64,000 nt of DNA, taken from Bdellovibrionales bacterium (GTDB lineage Bacteria; Bdellovibrionota; Bdellovibrionia; Bdellovibrionales; JAGQZY01). The notes below the pieces were generated by a model, which saw only the letters and a program-made list of their open reading frames with translations, was not told the DNA's origin and searched no databases. Below are positions 7,475 through 15,804 of this stretch, in pieces; the stretch's first letter is position 1, and every line of letters begins with the position of its first letter. Location: assembly GCA_964230645.1 (NCBI GenBank), contig CAXRHT010000002.1:1824001-1888000 (forward strand), read 5' to 3'. The position numbers and the translations under genes are program-made.

Positions 7475-9205
7475 ATGAGATTTATTTGCGTTTTATTAGT
7501 GATCCTTAGCTCGTCTAGCTCATATGCTTCGCCATTAAAATGCACGGCCGTCTTTCAAACAGAAGTTAAAAAACAGTCCAAACTCCCTTGGGGGTTTTGG
7601 CAGAAACAAGAGAATCTCAATGAATTAGCCGGACTTATACTGACGGCTCGTGATAGCGCTTTCCTTCACGAGCTAAAAGACGATCCGCTCAATGACCTCC
7701 GTGAACTTTTCCTCTCACGTTACGGAGTTCATATAGAAGGGAAAAAAATCAGCACAAGTGTTAGAACCCTAAGACTCACCTCAGATTGGGCCAAAGCCCT
7801 CGCAGAGAATGGTCACCCTGCTACTATTAAAGAACGAACTCAGCTTAGAATAGCTAACGTTATACGAAAACTCCATTCCTGGGAATTTTTGTTAAGCCCT
7901 AGCGAATTATCTTCTAATTCTGATCCACGCTTACTGACTTTACTTGAAGAAACCTTCCAAGAGCCCATTAATCCTGACGCCTTTATTCAGCGTACAAGAA
8001 AGGTGTATGGTTCCTGGGAGAACACTCTTCGGGCCCACGGCCTTGATCCTCAAAAAATTCTCAAGAGATCTCAAGCTCTGAGCCAAGAGGACATCGGAAA
8101 AGTCTTAGAGTATTTAAAAGACGAAGATGTGACTTGGACCAGAACTTACTTCCAACGAAATAAAAATAAAGTCATCAGCAATAAAATTGAAAAACTGGTC
8201 GGCCGACCCATTCAGCTCGCACGGGTGTATCGTTTGGCTCTTGAGTATGGAACTTGGAGAGAGTGGATCAATCACATATTTCCTAATCCTAATATTTTGA
8301 AAAACGGAAAAGTCACTATAAGCCAAAGTCAGATTGGTGAAATTCTAACGGCTATCTTCTCCGATGGTCGTTTCAGCCTTGTTTTTTCCACGGCTCGACA
8401 AAACACAAGCCCTGAAACAAGGAGAGTCATCTATCAGGCCACAGGTTATAATATCTCACTACGTGCGGTTGCTTTAGCCGTTACAAGAAACGCCGCTGAT
8501 AAAGAGCAAACCTGGAACCAATTGATAATCGATAGTGATATCCCTTTAGAGACGGCCCTCGCCCAGAGAAAACCGATAACTCCCGTTGAAATTAACGACG
8601 CCATCCTTGCCTTGGCGGACCGGTCGGTTGCCTTAAATTCCTATTCCGTCCAAAATGATACATCAAAAGAAACCTCAGATATTATTTTTCAGACAACCGG
8701 TAAACGACGGACGGGACATTCAATCTACAATTCAGCAATTCTCACAGGTAAGAGTTGGGTGACTTGGCTCTCCGATGCCGGCTTAGATGTTACCGAAATA
8801 ATGAGAGGTGGCTCTCTACCTTATCATTTGGTAAATAGAGCCACCAAAGCCTCTCTCAGTAAGATACAAGAAAACAGAGACCTACTTGTTGGAGATTCGC
8901 TAGAGAGGGGTTATCAGTTCGATTCCAATGGCAATGTAGAAAGAGTGCGGGTCGACCTAAATACTCCGGAAACAGAACTCATTAGTAAACAGTTTGATGA
9001 TGCTTTTAGTTCTTTTATTGATGAACTCACGCCGAGAGAACAAAGCATTTTAAATAACATTCTCGACACTCTTGCAAATGACAATGCCACCAATTTGGCT
9101 GAAAGCCTACAAGATCGAGGTCTCAATCTCAGTCCAGGAGAGCTTGAGAACCTGTTCATTAAATTAAGAGAATACCCAGACTTCGTGCGTTTATTTGAGG
9201 AGTAG
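7475..9205 (+). CDS. Secreted 576-aa protein with (Y/F)GSW-type repeats and sigma70-region-4-like C-terminus
   Basis: Signal peptide then CTAVF; repeats YGSWENTLRAHG, YGTWREW, KSWVTWLSDAG; ELTPREQSIL...KLR. Confidence 0.7.
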   Translation: MRFICVLLVILSSSSSYASPLKCTAVFQTEVKKQSKLPWGFWQKQENLNELAGLILTARDSAFLHELKDDPLNDLRELFLSRYGVHIEGKKISTSVRTLRLTSDWAKALAENGHPATIKERTQLRIANVIRKLHSWEFLLSPSELSSNSDPRLLTLLEETFQEPINPDAFIQRTRKVYGSWENTLRAHGLDPQKILKRSQALSQEDIGKVLEYLKDEDVTWTRTYFQRNKNKVISNKIEKLVGRPIQLARVYRLALEYGTWREWINHIFPNPNILKNGKVTISQSQIGEILTAIFSDGRFSLVFSTARQNTSPETRRVIYQATGYNISLRAVALAVTRNAADKEQTWNQLIIDSDIPLETALAQRKPITPVEINDAILALADRSVALNSYSVQNDTSKETSDIIFQTTGKRRTGHSIYNSAILTGKSWVTWLSDAGLDVTEIMRGGSLPYHLVNRATKASLSKIQENRDLLVGDSLERGYQFDSNGNVERVRVDLNTPETELISKQFDDAFSSFIDELTPREQSILNNILDTLANDNATNLAESLQDRGLNLSPGELENLFIKLREYPDFVRLFEE

Positions 9206-9355
9206 TTTTGAAAAACCAAGGCTATTCCTGGGATGAGTCTCAAAATGAGAAGAAGAGAAAGGACTAGGCAAGAGGGTGACATTCTGTGTTCTTTATTAGA
9301 AAGCTTGTGCCATACCCATCTGATCTCAAACCAGTTTCAATAGATCCAAAAAAAG

Positions 9356-9371
9356 CGGCACAATTTGTGAA
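9356..9371 (+). promoter_or_regulatory. Sigma54-type promoter, copy 2
   Basis: CGGCAC-AATTT-GTGAA. Confidence 0.65.
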
Positions 9372-9381
9372 CTATATAAAA

Positions 9382-9489
9382 GACAGAAAGGCCATGATCC
9401 CCAATCTAACCCTTTTTAAAAAATTAGATCCCAAATCCCCATACCCCATATCCCCAAAGCCCAAGGCACCCACCTTGGGCTTTTATTTT
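9382..9489 (+). ncRNA. Candidate C-rich sRNA, copy 2
   Basis: Two substitutions relative to copy 1; same terminator (9456-9489). Confidence 0.7.
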
Positions 9490-9782
9490 AATGTCGTCCA
9501 GAGCCCTCAAATGCCGTCCAGAGCCCTCAAACGTCGTCCTGAAGTAAAATTGTCGTCCTGAGGCGAAGCCGAAGGACCTGGGTGACCTCGATCGTAATCC
9601 CACTCCCTTCAAAAACTACTTCATAAAATAGCCTCCCTCACCAAATCCTCTTGACTAAAACCGCTAAAAGACCGCCATATATTTCCTATGACTCTTGTAC
9701 CAAAAGCCCTTTATAGGCTCCCATCGTGATGAGCCTAACTAGCCCAAACCCATTGAACCTCTGGGAGGTCCATAGGGAACCA

Positions 9783-10370
9783 ATGCTTAACGAGTTCTGT
9801 AAGAAGTACTATTGGACAACTCCTAATTTCTTATCCTCCGAACGAGTGGATCTTCTTTTAAGGAGAGCTCAAATGATTGAAGAAGAGGGACTCCTTAAAA
9901 AGGCGGCCATTGGCAAAGGAGACCACAAGAAAAGGGACTCAGAGATTCGCTCAGATAAGATCAAATGGATCAATGATTTTAGTGGCCCCACAGGAGAACT
10001 TATTCACTCAATCTTTGGAGGCCTTCAGACTCTGGCGAAATCAGAGCTTTATCTACCAGCAAAGAGATACGAGTGTCATTTTGCTAAGTACGAAAAGGGA
10101 GACCTTTACAAAAGACACTCCGATCGTCACTCTTTTCTCCCTGGGCGCTTAATTACTTGTGTTGTTTATCTCTCTGATCTCGAGGAAGGCTCAGGCGGAG
10201 AACTTATTCTCTATGATGAAGAATTAAGACCCATAAAGGTTGTTCCAAAAGCCGGAAGAATCGTAGTTTTTGATAGTGCCATTGAACATGAAGTCAGACC
10301 CTCTGGTAAAACTCGTTGGAGTCTTACCGGCTGGTTAAGAGAAGACCTGCATCCAGGGCTTAGAGTTTAA
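9783..10370 (+). CDS. 2OG-Fe(II) oxygenase (SM-20/prolyl-hydroxylase-like)
   Basis: IRSDKIKW, HSD, GGEL, HEV..R motifs; start ATG 9783 after AGGGA. Confidence 0.85.
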   Translation: MLNEFCKKYYWTTPNFLSSERVDLLLRRAQMIEEEGLLKKAAIGKGDHKKRDSEIRSDKIKWINDFSGPTGELIHSIFGGLQTLAKSELYLPAKRYECHFAKYEKGDLYKRHSDRHSFLPGRLITCVVYLSDLEEGSGGELILYDEELRPIKVVPKAGRIVVFDSAIEHEVRPSGKTRWSLTGWLREDLHPGLRV

Positions 10371-10501
10371 AGATTGTATTTGTCTCAATTTGATAATGCT
10401 ATCAATGCTTAACCAACATGGTGACAATCTGTGTTCTATTAAAAGTGGCCGCGCCTAATTTTATCTCAATTCAAAAGAAAGCCTTTTTGATCCATAAATA
10501 T

Positions 10502-10517
10502 TGGCACAATTCGTGAA
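10502..10517 (+). promoter_or_regulatory. Sigma54-type promoter, copy 3
   Basis: TGGCAC-AATTC-GTGAA. Confidence 0.7.
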
Positions 10518-10527
10518 CTATATAAAA

Positions 10528-10633
10528 GACAGAAAGGCCATGATCCCCAATCTGACCCTTTTTAAAAAATAGATCCCAAATCCCCATACCCCATATCCCC
10601 AAAGCCCAAGGCACCCACCTTGGGCTTTTTTTT
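10528..10633 (+). ncRNA. Candidate C-rich sRNA, copy 3
   Basis: Near-identical to copies 1 and 2 (1-nt deletion); terminator 10601-10633 with T8 tail. Confidence 0.72.
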
Positions 10634-10727
10634 ATCTTTTAAAGATCAACACAATTTAATCACGGATTAAGGATCTTTTTCTTGATGATTTTGCTTATCG
10701 TTGAAAAAAAACTAAAAGGAGTGCTCT

Positions 10728-12206
10728 ATGTCGAAAGATTTTTCAATCCAAGAAAAGCTGACTCAACAATTTATTAACAATAAATGGGTGGCCGGAAAGG
10801 GAGGAAAGGCCATAGAAAACCGCAATCCCTATAACAACGAAATCATTTGTGAGCACTCCACGGCCTCTAAAGAGCAAATAGACCAAGCCTGCCAGTCTGC
10901 AAAAAAATCCCAACTGAAATGGAAAGAGACACCCGTCTCCGCTAAAGCAGCTTTACTGAATGCCATAGCTGATAAAATCGAAGAGAGGAAAGAAGAGATT
11001 CGAAATTGGATTATCAAAGAAACAGGGGGGACCTACCAGAAGGCCGAGCTTGAACTTCAACTCGTTCAAGCCTGTTTTCGCTCGGCGTCCTCTCTGCCAG
11101 CCTATATGAAAGGAGAAATACTCCCCACCGAAATGCCGGGAAAAGAATCACGCTCCTACAAAGTACCCAAGGGGGTTTTGGCGATGATCAGTCCTTGGAA
11201 TTTTCCACTTCAACTAACAGCACGCTCGATTGCTCCAGCCATCGCCACTGGCAACTCCGTAGTTATTAAAGCTTCCAGTCAAACTCCTGTCACAGGGGGA
11301 ACTCTGTTTGCCGCTCTTTTTGAAGAAGTTGAAGCTCCAGAAGGCCTTATCCAGGTTCTGACAGGTTCGGGCTCTGACGTGGGGACACCTTTAATTGAGC
11401 ATGAAATTCCCTCGGTGGTTTCCTTCACAGGTTCCACAGAAGTAGGACGAAAAATTGGCGAAGCCGTTATGAAAAGTTCTCGTATCAAAGACCTTGAGCT
11501 TGAATTAGGGGGAAATAATCCCATTATTATTCTTGAAGACGCAAATTTAGAAGATGCCGTTGAAGGAGCTCTTTTCGGCCGCTTTTTCCATAATGGACAA
11601 ATTTGCATGTCTGCCAATCGAATCATCGTAGAAAAGGGGATCAAAGAGGAGTTTACCGACAAGTTTGTTAAGCGAGTGAAAGAGTTGAAAGTGGGCGACC
11701 CCTCTTCTGAGAGTACCCATATCGGACCCATCATAAATGACAGTCAGAAAGACAACATTGTCGAATTGATCGAGGCGGCAAAGAAGGAAAATACATGTCT
11801 AGTCTCTGGTGATATCGATGATCGTCTAATCCCCCCTCATGTCTTCACTGATGTCACTCCCGATTCCAAGTTATTTAACAATGAAATATTCGGTCCGGTG
11901 GCCTCAATTATTGAAGCAAAGGATAGCGATCATGCCATTGAACTGGCCAATGACACAGATCTTGGCTTAAGCAGCGCTATTTTCAGCACTAATGTAGAAA
12001 AAGCCACCCAAATGGCCCTCAAAATTGAAGCGGGAGTCACTCATATTAATGATCAAACTGTTAACGATCTTCCTTTAAGTCCTTTTGGTGGAGAAAAGAA
12101 TTCCGGCCTTGGGCGTTTTAATGGCGAATGGTCGGTAAGAGCTTTTACAACCGATCACTGGGTTAGTGTACAACACGAATCTCGGCCTTACTGGAGAAAG
12201 AACTAA
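10728..12206 (+). CDS. NAD(P)-dependent aldehyde dehydrogenase
   Basis: SPWNFP, FTGST, LELGGNN, GQICM, EIFGP, PFGGEKNSG. Confidence 0.95.
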   Translation: MSKDFSIQEKLTQQFINNKWVAGKGGKAIENRNPYNNEIICEHSTASKEQIDQACQSAKKSQLKWKETPVSAKAALLNAIADKIEERKEEIRNWIIKETGGTYQKAELELQLVQACFRSASSLPAYMKGEILPTEMPGKESRSYKVPKGVLAMISPWNFPLQLTARSIAPAIATGNSVVIKASSQTPVTGGTLFAALFEEVEAPEGLIQVLTGSGSDVGTPLIEHEIPSVVSFTGSTEVGRKIGEAVMKSSRIKDLELELGGNNPIIILEDANLEDAVEGALFGRFFHNGQICMSANRIIVEKGIKEEFTDKFVKRVKELKVGDPSSESTHIGPIINDSQKDNIVELIEAAKKENTCLVSGDIDDRLIPPHVFTDVTPDSKLFNNEIFGPVASIIEAKDSDHAIELANDTDLGLSSAIFSTNVEKATQMALKIEAGVTHINDQTVNDLPLSPFGGEKNSGLGRFNGEWSVRAFTTDHWVSVQHESRPYWRKN

Positions 12207-12295
12207 AACTAGAATTAGTATTTTACTGTTTCGATGAAAATGAGCCTAACGCAGCTTCGCTACCAATTCATAAAAAGAGGCATAAGAATTTTATC

Positions 12296-12778
12296 ATGCG
12301 TGGATACAAACAAGTTTTACCGATGTGGGGGCTCTACCCCTGGATTCCCTTAAATATCTACATTGTCTATTTGTTTGTTTCAGTCACCTCGGGCTCTGGA
12401 AACATTGGATTTGCCCTGCCTGTTATTTTTATCGTGGGTTTTATTGGCTCAGCCCTGACCTATATTCTTCTCGACATACTAATTTGGCTTACCTTTGTGA
12501 AGCCCAATAAGACAAAAAAAAATCCCTCTCAGCTCACCCCTCAACAAAGGTTGGACTACCAATATGAAGGTGAAGTGAATGCGCGAGAATCTGTAAAAAA
12601 ATCAGGTGTGAATCAAGCCTACGGATATGATCCGAACCGAAATCAGGTCGATCAGAAAAGTTTTAAAGTCAGCCCAGGGTTTAAAAATGTTTTAATATTC
12701 GTTTTGGTCTTCTTTTTGGTCCTTTATTTCTTCTATTTTCTCTATTTAAATCCGAGTCTTATCGACCTGTTTTTGTAG
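12296..12778 (+). CDS. Hypothetical membrane protein
   Basis: Three hydrophobic segments. Confidence 0.6.
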   Translation: MRGYKQVLPMWGLYPWIPLNIYIVYLFVSVTSGSGNIGFALPVIFIVGFIGSALTYILLDILIWLTFVKPNKTKKNPSQLTPQQRLDYQYEGEVNARESVKKSGVNQAYGYDPNRNQVDQKSFKVSPGFKNVLIFVLVFFLVLYFFYFLYLNPSLIDLFL

Positions 12779-12869
12779 TTTGTTCTAAGCTGAAACACTT
12801 TTATCTAAAAAAAGGCTTGCAACTATCCTCTCCCACAAAAGCCGTGCTAAAATAATACTTTAGGTCTGT

Positions 12870-14030
12870 TTGGGGGACACTATTTTACAAAACTATCGCG
12901 TTCAATTTTTATTGTTATTTTGTACACCTATAGCTTTGGTATTTATTGGCCAAGGTTGCCAGAAATCTTTTAAGGCCGGAAGTAGCGACAGTCCCCAGGT
13001 CAATGTGTTGCCACCTGAAGATGAAAATTCCCCCAATGAAAATCCTGTCGTGAATGAACCAGATCCCCTCGCCCCGCCTAGCGGAAAGGTGCCAATGTTT
13101 GTTGCCGCCGGACGTGGTGGACGAACCATTGTTTCTTGTGATGATGGGCGAACATGGATTGGGGATCGATCCATTGATAATGATAACAGAGACCACGCCC
13201 CGACCGTTGATAAAGGCTTTGCCTATGGTGACGGCGTCTTTATTCAAGTGATGGGTTGGGGCTATGATGCTCAAATCCAAAGAAGTGAAGACGGCTTTAA
13301 CTGGGAGACCATTCAATTCCCACACCGTATGGGTGCAATGGCTTACACCGGAAACCAATTTATGGTTTTTGGTAACAACGCTCATGTTTCCTCTGACGGC
13401 GGAAAGACGTGGGAAGAAGTTGCCAGACCAGAACACGGTACCCACGCAAGAGAAGGTGGCGGCGGTGGAGAGCCCAATGGCCCTAGTATTGTAGCCATCG
13501 GATCAGGAACGGCTCCAAAATTCACAATGGATGAAGGACAAACTTGGTTGAGAGCTCCAGCCGTGTGTGATTCAGCCGTTAATTTTGGTGGTGTCGGCCA
13601 AAGAGCGGGCATGGTCTACGGGAACAGATCCTTCCTTGTTTTAGACTCAAGCGGGAACTACTGCTCAACGCCTGACTACGGCCTCAACTGGGTGGGAGGA
13701 AGTCTCACACAAAATGGTGATGCCGGAATTGGTGGAAAGGTCGCTTTTGCAAGAGACCAATTTTGGGCCCTAGCTGGCTCTCATGGTTACCGCTCAAGTA
13801 ACGCAAGGGACTGGGAAAGAATCGATTTTTCCCCAAGTGAAGTAAGAATACACTTAATCGCAAAGTCTGAAACCGGAACTTATGTGGGAATTGATCGCGG
13901 TAGTTCCAGTTTTTATCGTAGCCAAGACGGCGAAAACTGGGAATTCGTAGCCACTCACGCCAACGGGTTAACTCTTTCAAGACTGCGTTTCGGCTACGCC
14001 ACACCCTCAACTCAATGTCCTGGAATGTAG
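12870..14030 (+). CDS. Lipoprotein with BNR/Asp-box repeats (beta-propeller)
   Basis: Lipobox GQGC; repeated S-x-D-G-x-x-W motifs (SCDDGRTW, SEDGFNW, SSDGGKTW, SQDGENW). Confidence 0.8.
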   Translation: MGDTILQNYRVQFLLLFCTPIALVFIGQGCQKSFKAGSSDSPQVNVLPPEDENSPNENPVVNEPDPLAPPSGKVPMFVAAGRGGRTIVSCDDGRTWIGDRSIDNDNRDHAPTVDKGFAYGDGVFIQVMGWGYDAQIQRSEDGFNWETIQFPHRMGAMAYTGNQFMVFGNNAHVSSDGGKTWEEVARPEHGTHAREGGGGGEPNGPSIVAIGSGTAPKFTMDEGQTWLRAPAVCDSAVNFGGVGQRAGMVYGNRSFLVLDSSGNYCSTPDYGLNWVGGSLTQNGDAGIGGKVAFARDQFWALAGSHGYRSSNARDWERIDFSPSEVRIHLIAKSETGTYVGIDRGSSSFYRSQDGENWEFVATHANGLTLSRLRFGYATPSTQCPGM

Positions 14031-14034
14031 AAAG

Positions 14035-14794
14035 GGTACCAAGTCCCTTTTCCGTTTTTTGGGTTTGATCTCGGAAACTTTAGATTTTTTGCGGCATTGA
14101 CCGGCCCCTCCGTACGGAATCATTACTGCAGATCTTCTTTTTTATGCCTAGAAAAACTCTCATTGAAAACTCTGACTACCCTTACCATATTTTGAATCGT
14201 TCAAATAATCGGGAGTTTTTTACTCTCCCAAAGGGACTCCTTTGGGAAATTATGTTGGAAAAGGTAGAATACCTAAACCGAGAACTTAATATTAAAACCC
14301 ACGCTTTCGTTTTAATGTCCAATCACTATCACTGGATATTGAGCACTCCCGACATGAACCTTTCTAAAGGGATGACTTATTTCCACCGTGAGGTTGCTCG
14401 ATGTGCGAATCGTAAAAGTCAGCGTATCAATCATTTCTTTGGTGGTCGATATAAGTGGTGTTCGATTCAAAATGAGATTTATTACTGGAATGCGATCAAA
14501 TATGTCTTTCGAAACCCAGTGAAGGCTCAAATATGCTCGAGAGTTGAAGAGTATAAATACTCCTCTCTAAATGACACCAGGACATTCAGCTACTGTCGGC
14601 TAAACGATTTTTTTAATAACCCAGAGATGACAATTTCACCTGATCTTGATTGGCTCAATGAGGCCTACACAGCTGAGGTTGATGATGTGCTTCGGAGAGG
14701 TTTGAGAAGAAGGGTGTTTCAAATTCCAAAGGGCAAAAGTGGAAGGGTTGTTGAGACTCCGGGCTGGAGTGGGAAAAGGGACTTGGTACCTTAG
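14035..14794. mobile_element. RAYT element bounded by 19-bp perfect inverted repeats
   Basis: GGTACCAAGTCCCTTTTCC (14035-14053) and its reverse complement (14772-14790). Confidence 0.75.
14144..14794 (+). CDS. REP-associated tyrosine transposase (Y1/HUH, IS200-like)
   Basis: YHILNRSNNR, FVLMSNHYH (HUH), YVFRNPVKA, YKYSS. Confidence 0.9.
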   Translation: MPRKTLIENSDYPYHILNRSNNREFFTLPKGLLWEIMLEKVEYLNRELNIKTHAFVLMSNHYHWILSTPDMNLSKGMTYFHREVARCANRKSQRINHFFGGRYKWCSIQNEIYYWNAIKYVFRNPVKAQICSRVEEYKYSSLNDTRTFSYCRLNDFFNNPEMTISPDLDWLNEAYTAEVDDVLRRGLRRRVFQIPKGKSGRVVETPGWSGKRDLVP

Positions 14795-14798
14795 GGAT

Positions 14799-14889
14799 TG
14801 GCGGAGAGAGAGAGATTCGAACTCTCGAGACGCTATTAACGCCTACACGCGTTCCAGGCGTGCGCATTCAACCACTCTGCCACCTCTCC
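14799..14889 (-). tRNA. tRNA-Ser(GGA)
   Basis: GGAGAGG acceptor stem, anticodon arm CACGC-ctGGAac-GCGTG, long variable arm, GTTCGAATC, encoded CCA. Confidence 0.97.
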
Positions 14890-15066
14890 GCATGATTGAA
14901 AGTCAATGAATTCAACTAGATAGCATTGCTTGTTGGGGTTGTCTAGAGGTAATTGGAGGGACGGAATCGATTTAGGAATTATTGTGGAAGATTAGGTGTT
15001 TAGCGGGCTATTGCTTTCATTGAGGTTTTGCCTTTATGGCAATTCTTTCGGATGGCTCTCTATATA

Positions 15067-15804
15067 TTAGTCTTCTAATAGTGCGGCGATCTTTTGGTTT
15101 ATATTTTCTCCAACAAGCTCCAAGTACAGTGTAGCGAGATCTTTTGTTTCGTTTTTAAAATCATTGTTTTGATAAACCGCCTTACCGGAATCGAGGATGA
15201 GTAAGCTTTGGCAGAGCTCCGACATCAGTGAAGGATCATGGGAAGTGATCAGTACAGTTTTTTCTGTTCTACTGTATTCGCTGATCAGTTTTTTTAAAGA
15301 AATAACTGAAGGAACATCAAGGCCAATCGTTGGTTCATCTAAGATCATTAGGTTTGGTTTCATTAAAAAGCCTGCAGTGAGAAGAGTTTTTCTTTTCATT
15401 CCAAAGGAATAGGTCTTCATAAGTTTTTTAGAATCATCCTCTGTGATTCCAAAGAATCGGAAATAATCTTGAACCTTTTTTTGTTCGACGTTTTTTTTAG
15501 CCTTGACCATAAGGATAAACTCAACAAACTCGAAACCTGTTAGGTAATCATAAATAAAGGGTGAGTCGGAAACGAAAAAAACCTCTTTGTTTGAAATTCT
15601 TTTCTTTTCATCAAGGAGGATTGGATCGTGCTGAATGACTCCTTCTTTTGGAATTTTTCCCAGCAGAGTGTTTATTAGAGTTGTTTTACCAGAGCCATTT
15701 TTTCCCATCACCCCGAAAACTTCGCCTTTACAAATATTGAAATTGATATCCTCAAAAACTTTATGACCTGGATATGAGACTGATAGGTTTTCAACTTTCA
15801 CCAT
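15067..15804 (-). CDS. ABC transporter ATP-binding protein
   Basis: Walker A GKNGSGKT, signature YSFGM, Walker B ILDEP, H-loop SHD. Confidence 0.92.
   Translation of the reverse strand: MVKVENLSVSYPGHKVFEDINFNICKGEVFGVMGKNGSGKTTLINTLLGKIPKEGVIQHDPILLDEKKRISNKEVFFVSDSPFIYDYLTGFEFVEFILMVKAKKNVEQKKVQDYFRFFGITEDDSKKLMKTYSFGMKRKTLLTAGFLMKPNLMILDEPTIGLDVPSVISLKKLISEYSRTEKTVLITSHDPSLMSELCQSLLILDSGKAVYQNNDFKNETKDLATLYLELVGENINQKIAALLED

Larger units (their letters stand above)
9237..9580 (+). repeat. ~344-bp direct repeat, copy 2
   Basis: Near-identical to 6909-7252. Confidence 0.95.
10382..10633 (+). repeat. Third, more diverged copy of the sRNA module (no REP tail)
   Basis: Upstream boxes, promoter and transcript conserved; spacers diverged. 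Confidence 0.9.

Noticed and set aside
6909..9580. Composite transposon or IS ends
   Set aside because: Repeats encode no transposase, lack terminal inverted repeats and show no target duplication
10540..10572. Mini-ORF MIPNLTLFKK inside the sRNA (leader peptide or toxin)
   Set aside because: AAGG is only 2 nt from ATG, and the stop exists only in copy 3; cannot be fully excluded without Ribo-seq
14655..14867. 70-aa ORF over the tRNA, and a tRNA-anchored integrative element
   Set aside because: ORF is a shadow of tRNA-Ser; no integrase or duplicated tRNA 3' end seen in the window
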